From Macrostomum lignano (lineage: Eukaryota): a stretch of DNA of 47,647 bases. The notes under the pieces are model-generated. The model was not told where the DNA came from. It saw nothing but the letters and a program-made list of their open reading frames with translations, and searched no databases. Below, in pieces: positions 1 to 11,220 of the stretch (positions are counted from its first letter, which is position 1; every line of letters starts with the position of its first letter). The stretch spans positions 34,682-82,328 of the forward strand of contig NIVC01001227.1 of the NCBI GenBank assembly GCA_002269645.1, in the 5' to 3' direction. The translations under genes were made by a program, and so were the position numbers.

Positions 1-427
1 CAACTTAAGGCTCTGGAATGGAGCCGAAGTTCAGCTCCGGACCAAACCGACTGCAATCGATAACTTGTCGGCCCAGACGACTAGAATCGCCGAGACATCC
101 CATCCGGCTCCCTTCCTTGGGGTCCCAGGGGATAAAGGGGATAAAATGGGGATCTCATGTCAACTTAAGGCTCTGGAATGGAGCCCGAAGTTCAGCTCCG
201 GACCAAACCGACTGCAATCGATAACTTGTCGGCCCAGACGACTAGAATCGCCGAGACATCCCATCCGGCCCTTCCTTGGGGTCCCAGGGGATAAAGGGGA
301 TAAAATGGGGATCTCATGTCAACTTAAGGCTCTGGAATGGAGCCCGAAGTTCAGCTCGGACCAAACCGACTGCAATCGATAACTTGTCGGCCCAGACGAC
401 TAGAATCACCGAGACATCCCATCCGGG
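1..427 (+). repeat. 161-bp tandem array, left arm of an inverted (foldback-like) structure; truncated by window start, ~2.6 units visible
   Basis: Unit caacttaaggctctggaatggagcccgaagttcagctcc...ggggatctcatgt repeats at ~161-bp spacing and ends at gagacatcccatccgg ~427. Confidence 0.95.
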
Positions 428-996
428 TCCGTCTCTTGCCGAAACTTCCAACACCCCGGCGGCTCGGATGTGTAACTCAAAGTCTTCCAGGAGTCACCTT
501 CGTAGCTACGAGAACCTCCTTGACACGAATGTTTTGATGTAATAATCGGCTTGATTTAGTTGATACGACCCACCGAAACCTCTGACAAATTCACTGTATG
601 AATTCGGGGGAACCCCGAGCTTTTTGATCCAGCGGGTTGACAGCAATCCATGCCCTTGTGTTAGCAGGGGGGCACGCTTCAGATCACAGTTGAGAAGTGC
701 AGCTGCTCAATTTCGTCCAGTTCGTTGGACAAGAGCACTCGCGCATGAATTCTGCCCGAATTCGAACAACGATAGCCCTGTCCATGACGGTGGCAGCTGT
801 TTAAATGATTCAAAACCTGGATGCGCCCGTTGTACTTTGCCATCGAGGTCTCGATAACAACGTCTAATCGGCTGGGCTCACTGAAGCCGGCTGACGGCAG
901 CCACTGATACGGTTTGTGCCTCTCGATAACACATTTGTCCTGCTTAATGGCAGCAAAGCAGCACTCAACGACAGAGCGCGAACATAGTGGCACAGC
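428..996 (-). mobile_element. Unique spacer with a degraded DDE transposase-like fragment (ISL2EU / PIF-Harbinger-like C-terminal region)
   Basis: Minus-strand peptides RSVVECCFAAIKQDKCVIERHKPYQWLP and, in another frame, GGSYQLNQADYY resemble by eye the R-x-VVE...IKQ and G-x-YQL-x-QA-x-x-Y motifs of ISL2EU-type transposases; stops and frame changes present. Confidence 0.4.
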
Positions 997-3027
997 GGAT
1001 GTCTCGGCGATTCTAGTCGTCTGGGCCGACAAGTTATCGATTGCAGTCGTTTGGTCCGGAGCTGAACTTCGGGCTCCATTCCAGAGCCTTAAGTTGACAT
1101 GAGATCCGCATTTTATCCCCTTTATCCCCTGGGACCCAAGGAAGGGAGCCGGATGGGATGTCTCGGCGATTCTAGTCGTCTGGGCCGACAAGTTATCGAT
1201 TGCAGTCGGTTTGGTCCGGAGCTGAACTTCGGGCTCCATTCCAGAGCCTTAAGTTGACATGAGATCCCCATTTTATCCCCTTTATCCCCTGGGACCCCAA
1301 GGAAGGGAGCCGGATGGGATGTCTCGGCGATTCTAGTCGTCTGGGCCGACAAGTTATCGATTGCAGTCGGTTTGGTCCGGAGCTGAACTTCGGGCTCCAT
1401 TCCAGAGCCTTAAGTTGACATGAGATCCCCATTTTATCCCCTTTATCCCCTGGGACCCCAAGGAAGGGAGCCGGATGGGATGTCTCGGCGATTCTAGTCG
1501 TCTGGGCCGACAAGTTATCGATTGCAGTCGGTTTGGTCCGGAGCTGAACTTCGGGCTCCATTCCAGAGCCTTAAGTTGACATGAGATCCCCATTTTATCC
1601 CCTTTATCCCCTGGGACCCCAAGGAAGGGAGCCGGATGGGATGTCTCGGCGATTCTAGTCGTCTGGGCCGACAAGTTATCGATTGCAGTCGGTTTGGTCC
1701 GGAGCTGAACTTCGGGCTCCATTCCAGAGCCTTAAGTTGACATGAGATCCCCATTTTATCCCCTTTATCCCCTGGGACCCCAAGGAAGGGAGCCGGATGG
1801 GATGTCTCGGCGATTCTAGTCGTCTGGGCCGACAAGTTATCGATTGCAGTCGGTTTGGTCCGGAGCTGAACTTCGGGCTCCATTCCAGAGCCTTAAGTTG
1901 ACATGAGATCCCCATTTTATCCCCTTTATCCCCTGGGACCCCAAGGAAGGGAGCCGGATGGGATGTCTCGGCGATTCTAGTCGTCTGGGCCGACAAGTTA
2001 TCGATTGCAGTCGGTTTGGTCCGGAGCTGAACTTCGGGCTCCATTCCAGAGCCTTAAGTTGACATGAGATCCATTTTATCCCCTTTATCCCCTGGGACCC
2101 AAGGAAGGGAGCCGGATGGGATGTCTCGGCGATTCTAGTCGTCTGGGCCGACAAGTTATCGATTGCAGTCGGTTTGGTCCGGAGCTGAACTTCGGGCTCC
2201 ATTCCAGAGCCTTAAGTTGACATGAGATCCCCATTTTATCCCCTTTATCCCCTGGGACCCCAAGGAAGGGAGCCGGATGGGATGTCTCGGCGATTCTAGT
2301 CGTCTGGGCCGACAAGTTATCGATTGCAGTCGGTTTGGTCCGGAGCTGAACTTCGGGCTCCATTCCAGAGCCTTAAGTTGACATGAGATCTGCATTTTAT
2401 CCCCTTTATCCCCTGGGACCCCAAGGAAGGGAGCCGGATGGGATGTCTCGGCGATTTTAGTCGTCTGGGCCGACAAGTTATCGATTGCAGTCGGTTTGGT
2501 CCGGAGCTGAACTTCGGGCTCCATTCCAGAGCCTTAAGTTGACATGAGATCCCCATTTTATCCCCTTTATCCCCTGGGACCCCAAGGAAGGGAGCCGGAT
2601 GGGATGTCTCGGCGATTCTAGTCGTCTGGGCCGACAAGTTATCGATTGCAGTCGGTTTGGTCCGGAGCTGAACTTCGGGCTCCATTCCAGAGCCTTAAGT
2701 TGACATGAGATCCCCATTTTATCCCTTTATCCCCTGGGACCCCAAGGAAGGGAGCCGGATGGGATGTCTCGGCGATTCTAGTCGTCTGGGCCGACAAGTT
2801 ATCGATTGCAGTCGGTTTGGTCCGGAGCTGAACTTCGGGCTCCATTCCAGAGCCTTAAGTTGACATGAGATCCCCATTTTATCCCCTTTATCCCCTGGGA
2901 CCCCAAGGAAGGGAGCCGGATGGGATGTCTCGGCGATTCTAGTCGTCTGGGCCGACAAGTTATCGATTGCAGTCGGTTTGGTCCGGAGCTGAACTTCGGG
3001 CTCCATTCTGGTGCTTAAGTTGACATC
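997..3027 (-). repeat. 161-bp tandem array, right arm (~12.6 units), reverse complement of the left arm
   Basis: Near-identical reverse-complement units; ORF-track peptides recur every 161 bp; outer end diverges to ...cttaagttgacatccc. Confidence 0.95.
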
Positions 3028-3529
3028 CCGTTAAATAACATAATATGCAATCACTGAATCAGTCAATTCACTGCGTCCACCATCCATCACCATCACCATT
3101 CAACAATCGCATTAGAAGTACAAATTTACGATTTACAACTTCACAACATAATCGCAGTTCGCAACAATAATAAGACGCCTTACATTTCATACAAAACAGT
3201 TTGCAAAAACTACAAAAAACTACAAAAATTACAAAACAGAATGAGCAACGACGTACTCAGAGTAAGCAAACCCTCAAACAAATAACCCACCCCAAGCACT
3301 GACCCAGAGCCCACAGTCCATAAACGATCAGAGTCAGTCAGAGTCCAACAAATTCATTCCTAGAAAACGATTTTACGATTCACACATTTCATTATTTGGA
3401 TAACTAAACGATAGTCTAAAAAATTGCATTGTGAAGTGAAGTGGAACTGAAAAATACATGATGAAAATTGAAAGTTGAAAATGTCTATATGTTCCATCTT
3501 ATCAATCCCGAAAAATCCCTGGATTCACA

Positions 3530-3671
3530 GATTTTAATCCGGGATCCCGTATCCCGGCCATGGATAATCCCGGGATTATCAATCCTGGTAAATCCTGACA
3601 AATTTTAATCCTGGGATTCAAATCCCGGAATTTGGCCCCTTAATCCCACGATCCCGGGATTGCAAACCCTA
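3530..3671. mobile_element. Probable single end of a hAT-like MITE
   Basis: Cluster of atcccggga/tcccgggat palindromic motifs ending in cccgggattgcaaacccta (TAGGG-type terminus on minus strand); partner end not found. Confidence 0.3.
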
Positions 3672-5102
3672 CGCGGAATATAAAATATTTGAAATTTTAA
3701 AAAAGATAAAAATGATGTATTTAACGTTTGATATTGTACAACGTTGTCAAGCTAATTGATACTGACAAATTGCAAACCATAGTGGAGAAAACACCTCACC
3801 CCATGATTTCGGAGTTAATATATCAATCAGAGGCAGTAATCCGTCCAAAGGTTTCAAGATCAACCTGTGCGACAGTTTCAAAGACAAAATACAGGGGGGA
3901 TATGCGAGTGAAAGCCAAATTCCACAAGAAAGAACACTGTCATGATTTTTGGCAGTACGCAATTAATGCATTTCGTTCAGAAAATCTTCAAGCCGTCATC
4001 CCCAACCAAGATTGGCGCGATTCCTGGTAAAAAATTCAGAAGTGCAGGACTTGAACAAGTCTACTGAATACGTTGTTCATCGATAGCTCAAATATTTCAT
4101 ACAAATGCAAAAATGACTCACTTCAGGAACTTATTGAATAGTAGTTTGCGTAAATTGTTTTGCATTTTTATCACTAGCTATTCATCCCGTTACTAACCGC
4201 ACAAAAACTTACGTCATATTAAATTATTCCCAAACAAAAATTTTAACCTATTATTGTAGCAAGTTACGAAAAAGTGATCTTTTGTATCTTCTAGAGAGTT
4301 GTTTATTTGCGTTATAACTCACGACACATAGTGTTTTAATTTTTTTCTTTCGTCGAAATAGGGCACACTGCGTGCGTGCGCACAATTTGTCCTAGGTAAT
4401 GTCTTACATTTAACGCCGGTTAGCCAACTGTTGTCTTGTGTTTTTTACTGTGTTTTGAAATTATGTTTTTCGTTTGTCATTTTTTTGCCAATAAAACAAG
4501 GGCTACTGGTAAAACAGCCCTATGCAAATATGCCTTTCTTGATTTTCTAGGCCTACTGTGTGGTGTGGGTTTTCTGAAAGATATTCAGGTACAGGTACAT
4601 TCAAACCGATTGTCTTTAACTTTTAACAAAAATGACCTGCTTCAATCATCTTTTTAACAAATATCCACGCAATTATTTGGCGTCAAATGAGCTTTCATTT
4701 ATCTACTAAACTGGGTTTTTTGTCAATCTTGATGACTTTATCCTCATCAATTACAATTACCCTAAAAATTCCTGGAAAAAAAGTTTTACAATGGTTGTTA
4801 TAATTGTTGTAATATACTATAGAAAGAACAAAAAGCTTAAGCCTCTTCACATTACCAATTCCAGAACCAGAATCGGTTTGGATCTTCCAAGAAAAATAGC
4901 AGTAAAACTATTTGGCATAACTATGGTTTCGTTCGTTATATTATTTCTTGTTTTGAATTTGTTCCAGCGCATGTAGAAATGGCTCGTTAAATTATTTTAA
5001 GTTCAAAAAAGATGACCCACCACCAAAAAAGTTCAAATTAGAGTTCGAAGTCACGAGAAAGATAATTAGACGGGATAATAATGTGGCACCCAGTAGAGAA
5101 AG

Positions 5103-5547
5103 TTGAAAAAACTTGGACTCATCTACTTTGACTTCTTGGCCAGGGCCGCCTAGCTCAACAGGGTGATCTAGAAGGTACTGGGCACAAATTTCTCGACAGA
5201 AGTTACCCCAGTCAGCAACAGTATTGGGTGACAGGATACGACACACATTGGATTTTGTCGAACTAGAGTCTCACAGACCACTAGTAGATATAGTTGACAA
5301 TCTGCTGCAGGGTCAAAATCAAATGGCTGGCTTTAAAAAAAGATCCCTTCCTTATAGAAACTTGGGCATAACAGTCTTTATAGGCCCAGGCCAAGTTATC
5401 AATAAACCAGGCACCTTCTCGGCATTGCAAATGCATTTGAGCACCCGGCTGGCATCCACACTGCTGTTCATTGGCAAGCAGCCTGTAGGTGGCCAACCAA
5501 CAAATAGTAGCCAGCGTATCTATTGTCACGGCTGCCAGGTCCCTCAT
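5103..5547 (-). mobile_element. Merlin / ISXO2 (IS1595-like) transposase relic, 5' half
   Basis: LLANEQQCGCQPGAQMHL...QVSIRKGSFFKASHL (N-terminal Cys-rich region), then after a frame change SPNTVADWGNFCREICAQYLLDHPVELGGPGQEVKVDESKFF (GG-x-G-x-x-V-x-x-DES motif); stops and truncation. Confidence 0.8.
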
Positions 5548-6744
5548 CGTGAGGTCCAGTTGGCACAGCTCTGCAGGCGGACGCAAATTGCCTACTGGAA
5601 TGATCGTCGTAGGAGCCGATGGTTGTCCAGCTATTTTTACATGCATTGGAACAAATTTGAAACAAGAAATGATATAACAAACAAAACCATAGTTATGCAA
5701 ACTATTTGACTCTATTAATATTTAACTGCCTTAATAGTCTCACTTTGCACAAGTTTTCACTTTCTTCTTGGCAATTTTCATTCAATAATTAAAATTTTAT
5801 AGCAAGTATATCCTTCTAGTTAAGGAGACAAAAAGTTATACTTCACAAATTTTTTCTGGTTCTAGAACCAAAACAAGCAATATATAAAGAGCCTCCTTGA
5901 TTATAAACCATGCTGGATCCAAAACTGTTGTAAATTTTCTAAAGATAAATATATCAAGAAATTGTTTTTCTTATTTAACAATTCTTAGATATAAGATATC
6001 TGTGTTGTTTCAAATCTAGAGTTTTTTGCATATCATGTGTCTCTCTAAAACCTTCTTCCTAATGGTATGTCTAATAGGTCTAATCTAGTATAGACTATCT
6101 TAATAAAGATATTGTTAAGCTGGTCTAAGTCTTTTCTTACTACCACTATGAATTCCCATATTTCCTAGCAGACAAACAGTTTTAGAAAAAAACTTTTTGT
6201 CTGCTTAGTAGACAACCTAGGCCCTATTAGTAGAGGAAACAACTTGTACCCTTATTAATAGCATAGGCAATATCCTAAAAATCTAATATAAATATATATA
6301 TATATATATATATATCAAACAGTGACTAAATTGATGATAAAGTAATGGTTATATACTAATTAATATATAGTTCTTTTTGACAAAAGATTTTGTTATATAA
6401 ACTAGCAATCTTTGCCTTCTTCCTATTAGAAAAGCAAAAAAAGGAATAGAAATGTTTGAATAAACTATATGTATATTATGACCTTGTGTGTCACTATTAT
6501 TACTTTCTTAAAAAATGAATCTTAAAACAAAAATCTAGCTATCTAGCCCATACATGCCTAACACCTATCCAACCCATCCAAACCAGACAGGTGAAATGGC
6601 TGCCAGCCAAGGTAAGTTGCAAAATTGAAAATGCAAAAAGTGAAAAATTAGGGGAAGAAAAAAGGAAAAAAAAGAAAATGAAAAGAAAGAAAGGAAAGAA
6701 GAGAGAGAAAGAAAAGAGAAGAAAAGAAAAAAGCAAGAAAAGTC

Positions 6745-6875
6745 ATATACAAAGTGAAAATTAAGTCACAATCAAGAGGAACTAAGTTGCTATTGGGAGA
6801 AACTAAGTCACAATTAGGAGAAACTAAGTTGCAATTGGGAGAAACTAAGTCGCAAATCTGGACAAAACTAAGTTG
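6745..6875. repeat. Short degenerate ~21-bp tandem repeat
   Basis: gagaaactaagt(t/c)gcaattgg-like unit, about 5-6 copies. Confidence 0.7.
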
Positions 6876-7395
6876 CACTGGATGGGTGAAATTTTGAGGT
6901 TGGGCATATATGATCTAGCCTAAGACCATAGTCAGGAAAGTGGCCTTTGCCATGGCAAATTACAGCGCACACAAGGGGTCCTTGATGCACTTGGCATATA
7001 CTGAGGTCCCTAGCACATATGGCGCATAATTATGGTGCATGCTGCGCATAAAGTCCCTGACATATGCGGTGCTGTGCACAACTTTGGTGTATAAGGAATC
7101 AGAATAGAATCTTTATTAGCATAAAACTGGCATAGCATATTGAGTCTGCATGAATTCTAAGAATTTTGTAAATTTGTTGTAAAATATGTAATTTATGTAA
7201 AATACATAAAATGAAGGCACAGATGGTGCACAAATGGCACATAGACAGTGCATAGATTGTCCTAAAAAAATTATTCCAGTGCACACTATGCCACCTTCCT
7301 GACTATAGGCCTAAGATATCAAATCCTTTATAAACTTTGTCTCAAAGCAATTTTCCATATAAGCCCTATCATCTTAGCAATATCCCCTATAGACC

Positions 7396-7622
7396 TTGAT
7401 ATCTCAGCAATTCTCTTATAAGGTCTTTATTATCTTAGAAATCCTGCTATAAGTCTTTTCTAATTGATAAAGTAATTATTCTATGGCTAAACCTCAAGCT
7501 TTGATATCTTAGCAATTCTCTTATAAGGTCTTTATTATCTTAGAAATCCCCCTATAAGTCTTTTCTAATTGATAAAGTAATTATTCTATGGCTAAACCTC
7601 AAGCTTTGATATCTTAGCAATT
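7396..7622. repeat. 105-bp direct duplication
   Basis: agcaatt at 7406, 7511 and 7616; intervening sequence near-identical. Confidence 0.85.
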
Positions 7623-8664
7623 CCTTCTATAAGTTCTATATGTCCTATGTGCCATAGCAATTCAGAAATTGGCCATGAATTTATTATGGTTGACTCTATT
7701 ATTCTTTTATGTTTGAACCTTAAGCCTTAACCTTACCTTTCTCTGTGTCAAGTCATAGCAGTTCAGCAATTATCCTTGAGCCTAAGAATTTTAAGTAATT
7801 CCCCTATGAGCCAATGCCATAGCAACTCAGAAATTCACCTACAAGAGTCTTGACATCTTGACAATTCCATATTAGTCTTTATAGTTAAACCCAAACTCTA
7901 ACCTTGCTAAGTCAAGCATTTTAGAAATTCTTCCTATGAACCTTGGAATCTTCATCATTATCTAATGAACCTTAACATTTCATGAATTCTATCTAAGCCC
8001 AAGAGTTATAGGAATTCTTTTATGAGCCTTTTTATATTTATCTTTTATAATCCCAAATAAGCTTTTTTAGAAAAAACCAAATGATATGTATTTTAAAGTT
8101 GATATGACAATTCTTGTATGTTTGTTATAACATTTGTTTATTATTTTTATTTTATTTATTATTTTATTTTTAAATAATGCTTCTTTAATCCATAATGCTT
8201 TTATGGCTGACATGACCTAGGCCAGTTTTCAGTGAAACAATAACATGAATTGTAGCCCTTATAATTTAACACTCACATTTTTAAAGGTGAGCTTAGACTT
8301 ATTAATTTCTCTTGGTTAAGTGAATTTGCATCACTTCTATTAGTATCTGGGCTTAAGCTAAAATATTTTTTGTAAAGAATAATAAGCACAAAAGAGACTA
8401 TTCAAATCTAGATTTATAAACAACAAGCTGTTGAAACCCGCGGATTTTGAACCCGGGGAATTCCAATACCCGGAACTACGTTTGCATGTATTCTGAAATC
8501 TAAGGCCATACACAAACAAAAACTTGTTAATAGTTAGTAGGATAGAGGTAGACATAAAATGGAGCACATTCGTGTAAAATTAGGGTTTGAGACATTGTTG
8601 GCTGGGGTACTGCGCAGAATGTCAGGCAATGTCTGTCTGACTCTAAAACATATTGCTAAACTCT

Positions 8665-9071
8665 GGTCTCTCACTGACTCTCCCTACGTCCCTTGGATCC
8701 TTTAAAATTTCTATCGTCTCTTTGTTTCCTCTCATCTCTCTCGTCCCTCGTCTCTCCTCTCTCCTCTCTCCCCTCTTCTCTCGTATCTTCCCTCATCTCT
8801 CTTCTCTTTCATCTCTCTTATCTCATCTCTTGTCTCTTCTTTTCTCTAGTCTCCTCTCTTCTCTCTACTTTTTCGTTTTCTCTCTCCTCTCTCCCCTCTC
8901 CTCTCTCCTCTCACCCCTCTTCTCTCTGATCTTCATTCTCCTTTCTATTCTTTTCTCTCTTCTCTTAACTCTCTCCTCTACTCTCTCATCTCTCCCCTCT
9001 TCTCTCGTCTTTGCTCTCTCATCTTTCCTTTCTCTTATCTTTTCTCTCTTATCTCTTCTCATTTCTCTCTG

Positions 9072-9163
<92 letters not shown>

Positions 9164-9860
9164 GTCTTTCTCTCTTATTTCTCCTCCTCTCTCTACTCTC
9201 TCCCCTCTCCATTCTCCTCTTTCCTCTCCTCTCTCGACTCTCCTCACTCACTTCTCTACCTTTGTCTCTCCTCTCTCCTCTCGTCTCTGTAACCTCTCCT
9301 CTGTTCTCTCTACTCTCCCATCTTTTATCTGTTCACTCTCGTCTCTGCTCTCTCATCCCCCTCTTTAATCTGGCATCTCTGTCTTATATGTTCTCTCACC
9401 TCTCTCTTCTGTACTCTTTTCTTTCCCCTCTTGACTTTTCACTTTCCTTTCTCCTTTCTTCTTTTCTCTTCTCTTCCCTTTTCTATACTCTGTCTCCCTC
9501 TCTTCTCTCACTCCACTCTCCTCTCTCCGTTATCTCTCATCTCTCATTTCTCATCTCTCCTTCCACCTCTCTCATCTCTACAACCTTAGAGATGTAGAGA
9601 TGTATCTTTATCTCTTCTCTCTTCCCTTTACTCTCTCATCTCTTCTTTCACCTGTTTCCTCTCTGCTCTCCTCTCTGCTGTCTCCTCTCTCCTCTCATCT
9701 GCAGCTCTCTGCTCTCTCATCTCGCTTTTCCTCTCTCCCCTCTTCTCCCCCTCTCTCTCATGATCCTCACCCCCTCATCCCTCCTATTATCTTTTATCTT
9801 TTCTTTTATCCCCTCTGTCGCCTCTCCTCTCTTCGAATCGTCTATTCCTTCTTCTTTCCA
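8665..9860. repeat. CT-rich low-complexity tract with a pure (CT)n core at ~9077-9158
   Basis: Direct inspection; strong pyrimidine/purine strand bias. Confidence 0.95.
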
Positions 9861-10559
9861 CTTTCATCTGCCCCTCAGCTATGAGCTGGAATGCTGGATT
9901 CTTTATCTGGCCTTTGAGGTAAAAGTCTGCCCATCCCTGCTTGGAAAGCCAGTTTGTGGGACGTAGTACTCTCATCGTTGTTCTCATGCTTTGATCACGT
10001 CATCTTTCTTGCCAATTTGCAGCCCTGAAAGGAATTTGTGTATCTTCAGCTCCACTGCAGTCTGCATCAGTCTAACAACCAAGGAAATACGCATTTCTTA
10101 GGAGGCCATTTAAAATTTACACACTACCTTTAAAAGAAACCTAAAATTTCCATGGTGTGCCTAATTTAGTAGGGTTGTATTGCATTGCATCGCATCGCCT
10201 TTTCATAAATCTTTCGCTTTTACAAACCATGCTGGATTCCCTCGATTTGCCAATTGCCATCCACTGTTAAACTGCTGCAGAGTTTGCCAATACAGAGGGG
10301 AGGGCAGTGGTTAGAATTTCTCACTAAACTGTTATGGCTAAACGTAGCCTCTCCACTCTCGGGGTGCAGAGAAGGCTATAAATAAAGTTATTCCAAAACA
10401 CTGTACATTCGCTATGTACATTGAGCCCTATCGCCTGACCCTTCGTCTGGCTCTGGGGGAATGAGTGAGTGAGTGGCACAAACAATCGAAAAAGCAAACT
10501 TCACATGCTTACAGTTTCTGTTTTGATTGAGTTAGAGAGTTGAAACTTTACATTTAGAT

Positions 10560-11102
10560 AGAGAATGGGTCAATGAAGAATTGTGTCAAATTTGAAGTCA
10601 ATCGCTTTACGTGGAGCAAACTTATGGCAGCTGAAAGTTAGTCAATTTTGAAACCCCTTTTACACATCTGGGCCCAGATCGGGAAAGAGAGGCGGGCGGA
10701 GCGGAGGTTGGAGTGGTTGCTAGGCTGAAAAAACAGCCAAATTTTAAAAGTGCACAGCGCCGTTCAGGATTAACTTTCAGATTTGAAATTTTACACGATT
10801 GTGTCAAAATAGTTGAAAATTGTCTGTGTCAAATTTGAAGAGAATCGGTAGAAGTGGAGCGGCGCTATGGAGGATTAAGTGAAAAAATCGCGCATTTTGA
10901 GCAGTTTTTTGTACTTTTAGGCAGGAAGACTTGAGTCTAGGAAATTAAAAGGTAGCCTAAGACATTCTCCGTAGTAAGTTTAGGGTGGGTGTAAAGTTTG
11001 GTGTCATTTGGTTGAGCGGTTTGGGAGTCCATACCGATCAAAATTGTCCACAGACAGACAGACAGACACACAGACAGAGTTTTGATTTTTATATGTAGAG
11101 AT
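10560..11102. mobile_element. Probable non-autonomous interspersed repeat with a (GACA)n microsatellite near one end (Helitron/DINE-like)
   Basis: Internal duplicated tgtcaaatttgaag motif (10584, 10828); terminal cacagacagacagacagac...ttttatatgtagagat pattern. Confidence 0.3.
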
Positions 11103-11220
11103 AATCAACCATCTTCAATTTCATATATTGCTGTGGAGTATTTAGCTAAAGCATATTCAGGCAACAATCCTATGACAGCTGGTGTACGCATGCAAACAGC
11201 AAGCCACCTCACTGACCAGA

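Noticed and set aside
1-3027. Repeated 92-122 aa ORFs, and CRISPR-like periodicity
   Set aside because: The ORFs are translations of the 161-bp unit. Units are contiguous with no unique spacers and there are no cas genes, so this is not CRISPR.
3728-4030. 100-aa ORF
   Set aside because: Non-ATG start, no recognisable motif, AT-rich context; unsupported.
8653-9966. Long Leu/Ser-rich and Arg/Glu-rich ORFs
   Set aside because: Artefacts of CT/GA low-complexity sequence.
10285-10475. Possible SINE with an A-box-like ggcagtggttag and a (TGAG)n tail
   Set aside because: No B-box or TSD found; too weak to call without a repeat library.
11082-11220. ORF-track N-terminal extension of PCS (MIFICRDNQ...)
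   Set aside because: It begins in a repeat-derived sequence at a non-ATG codon and is in the wrong frame for the conserved FYRR motif.
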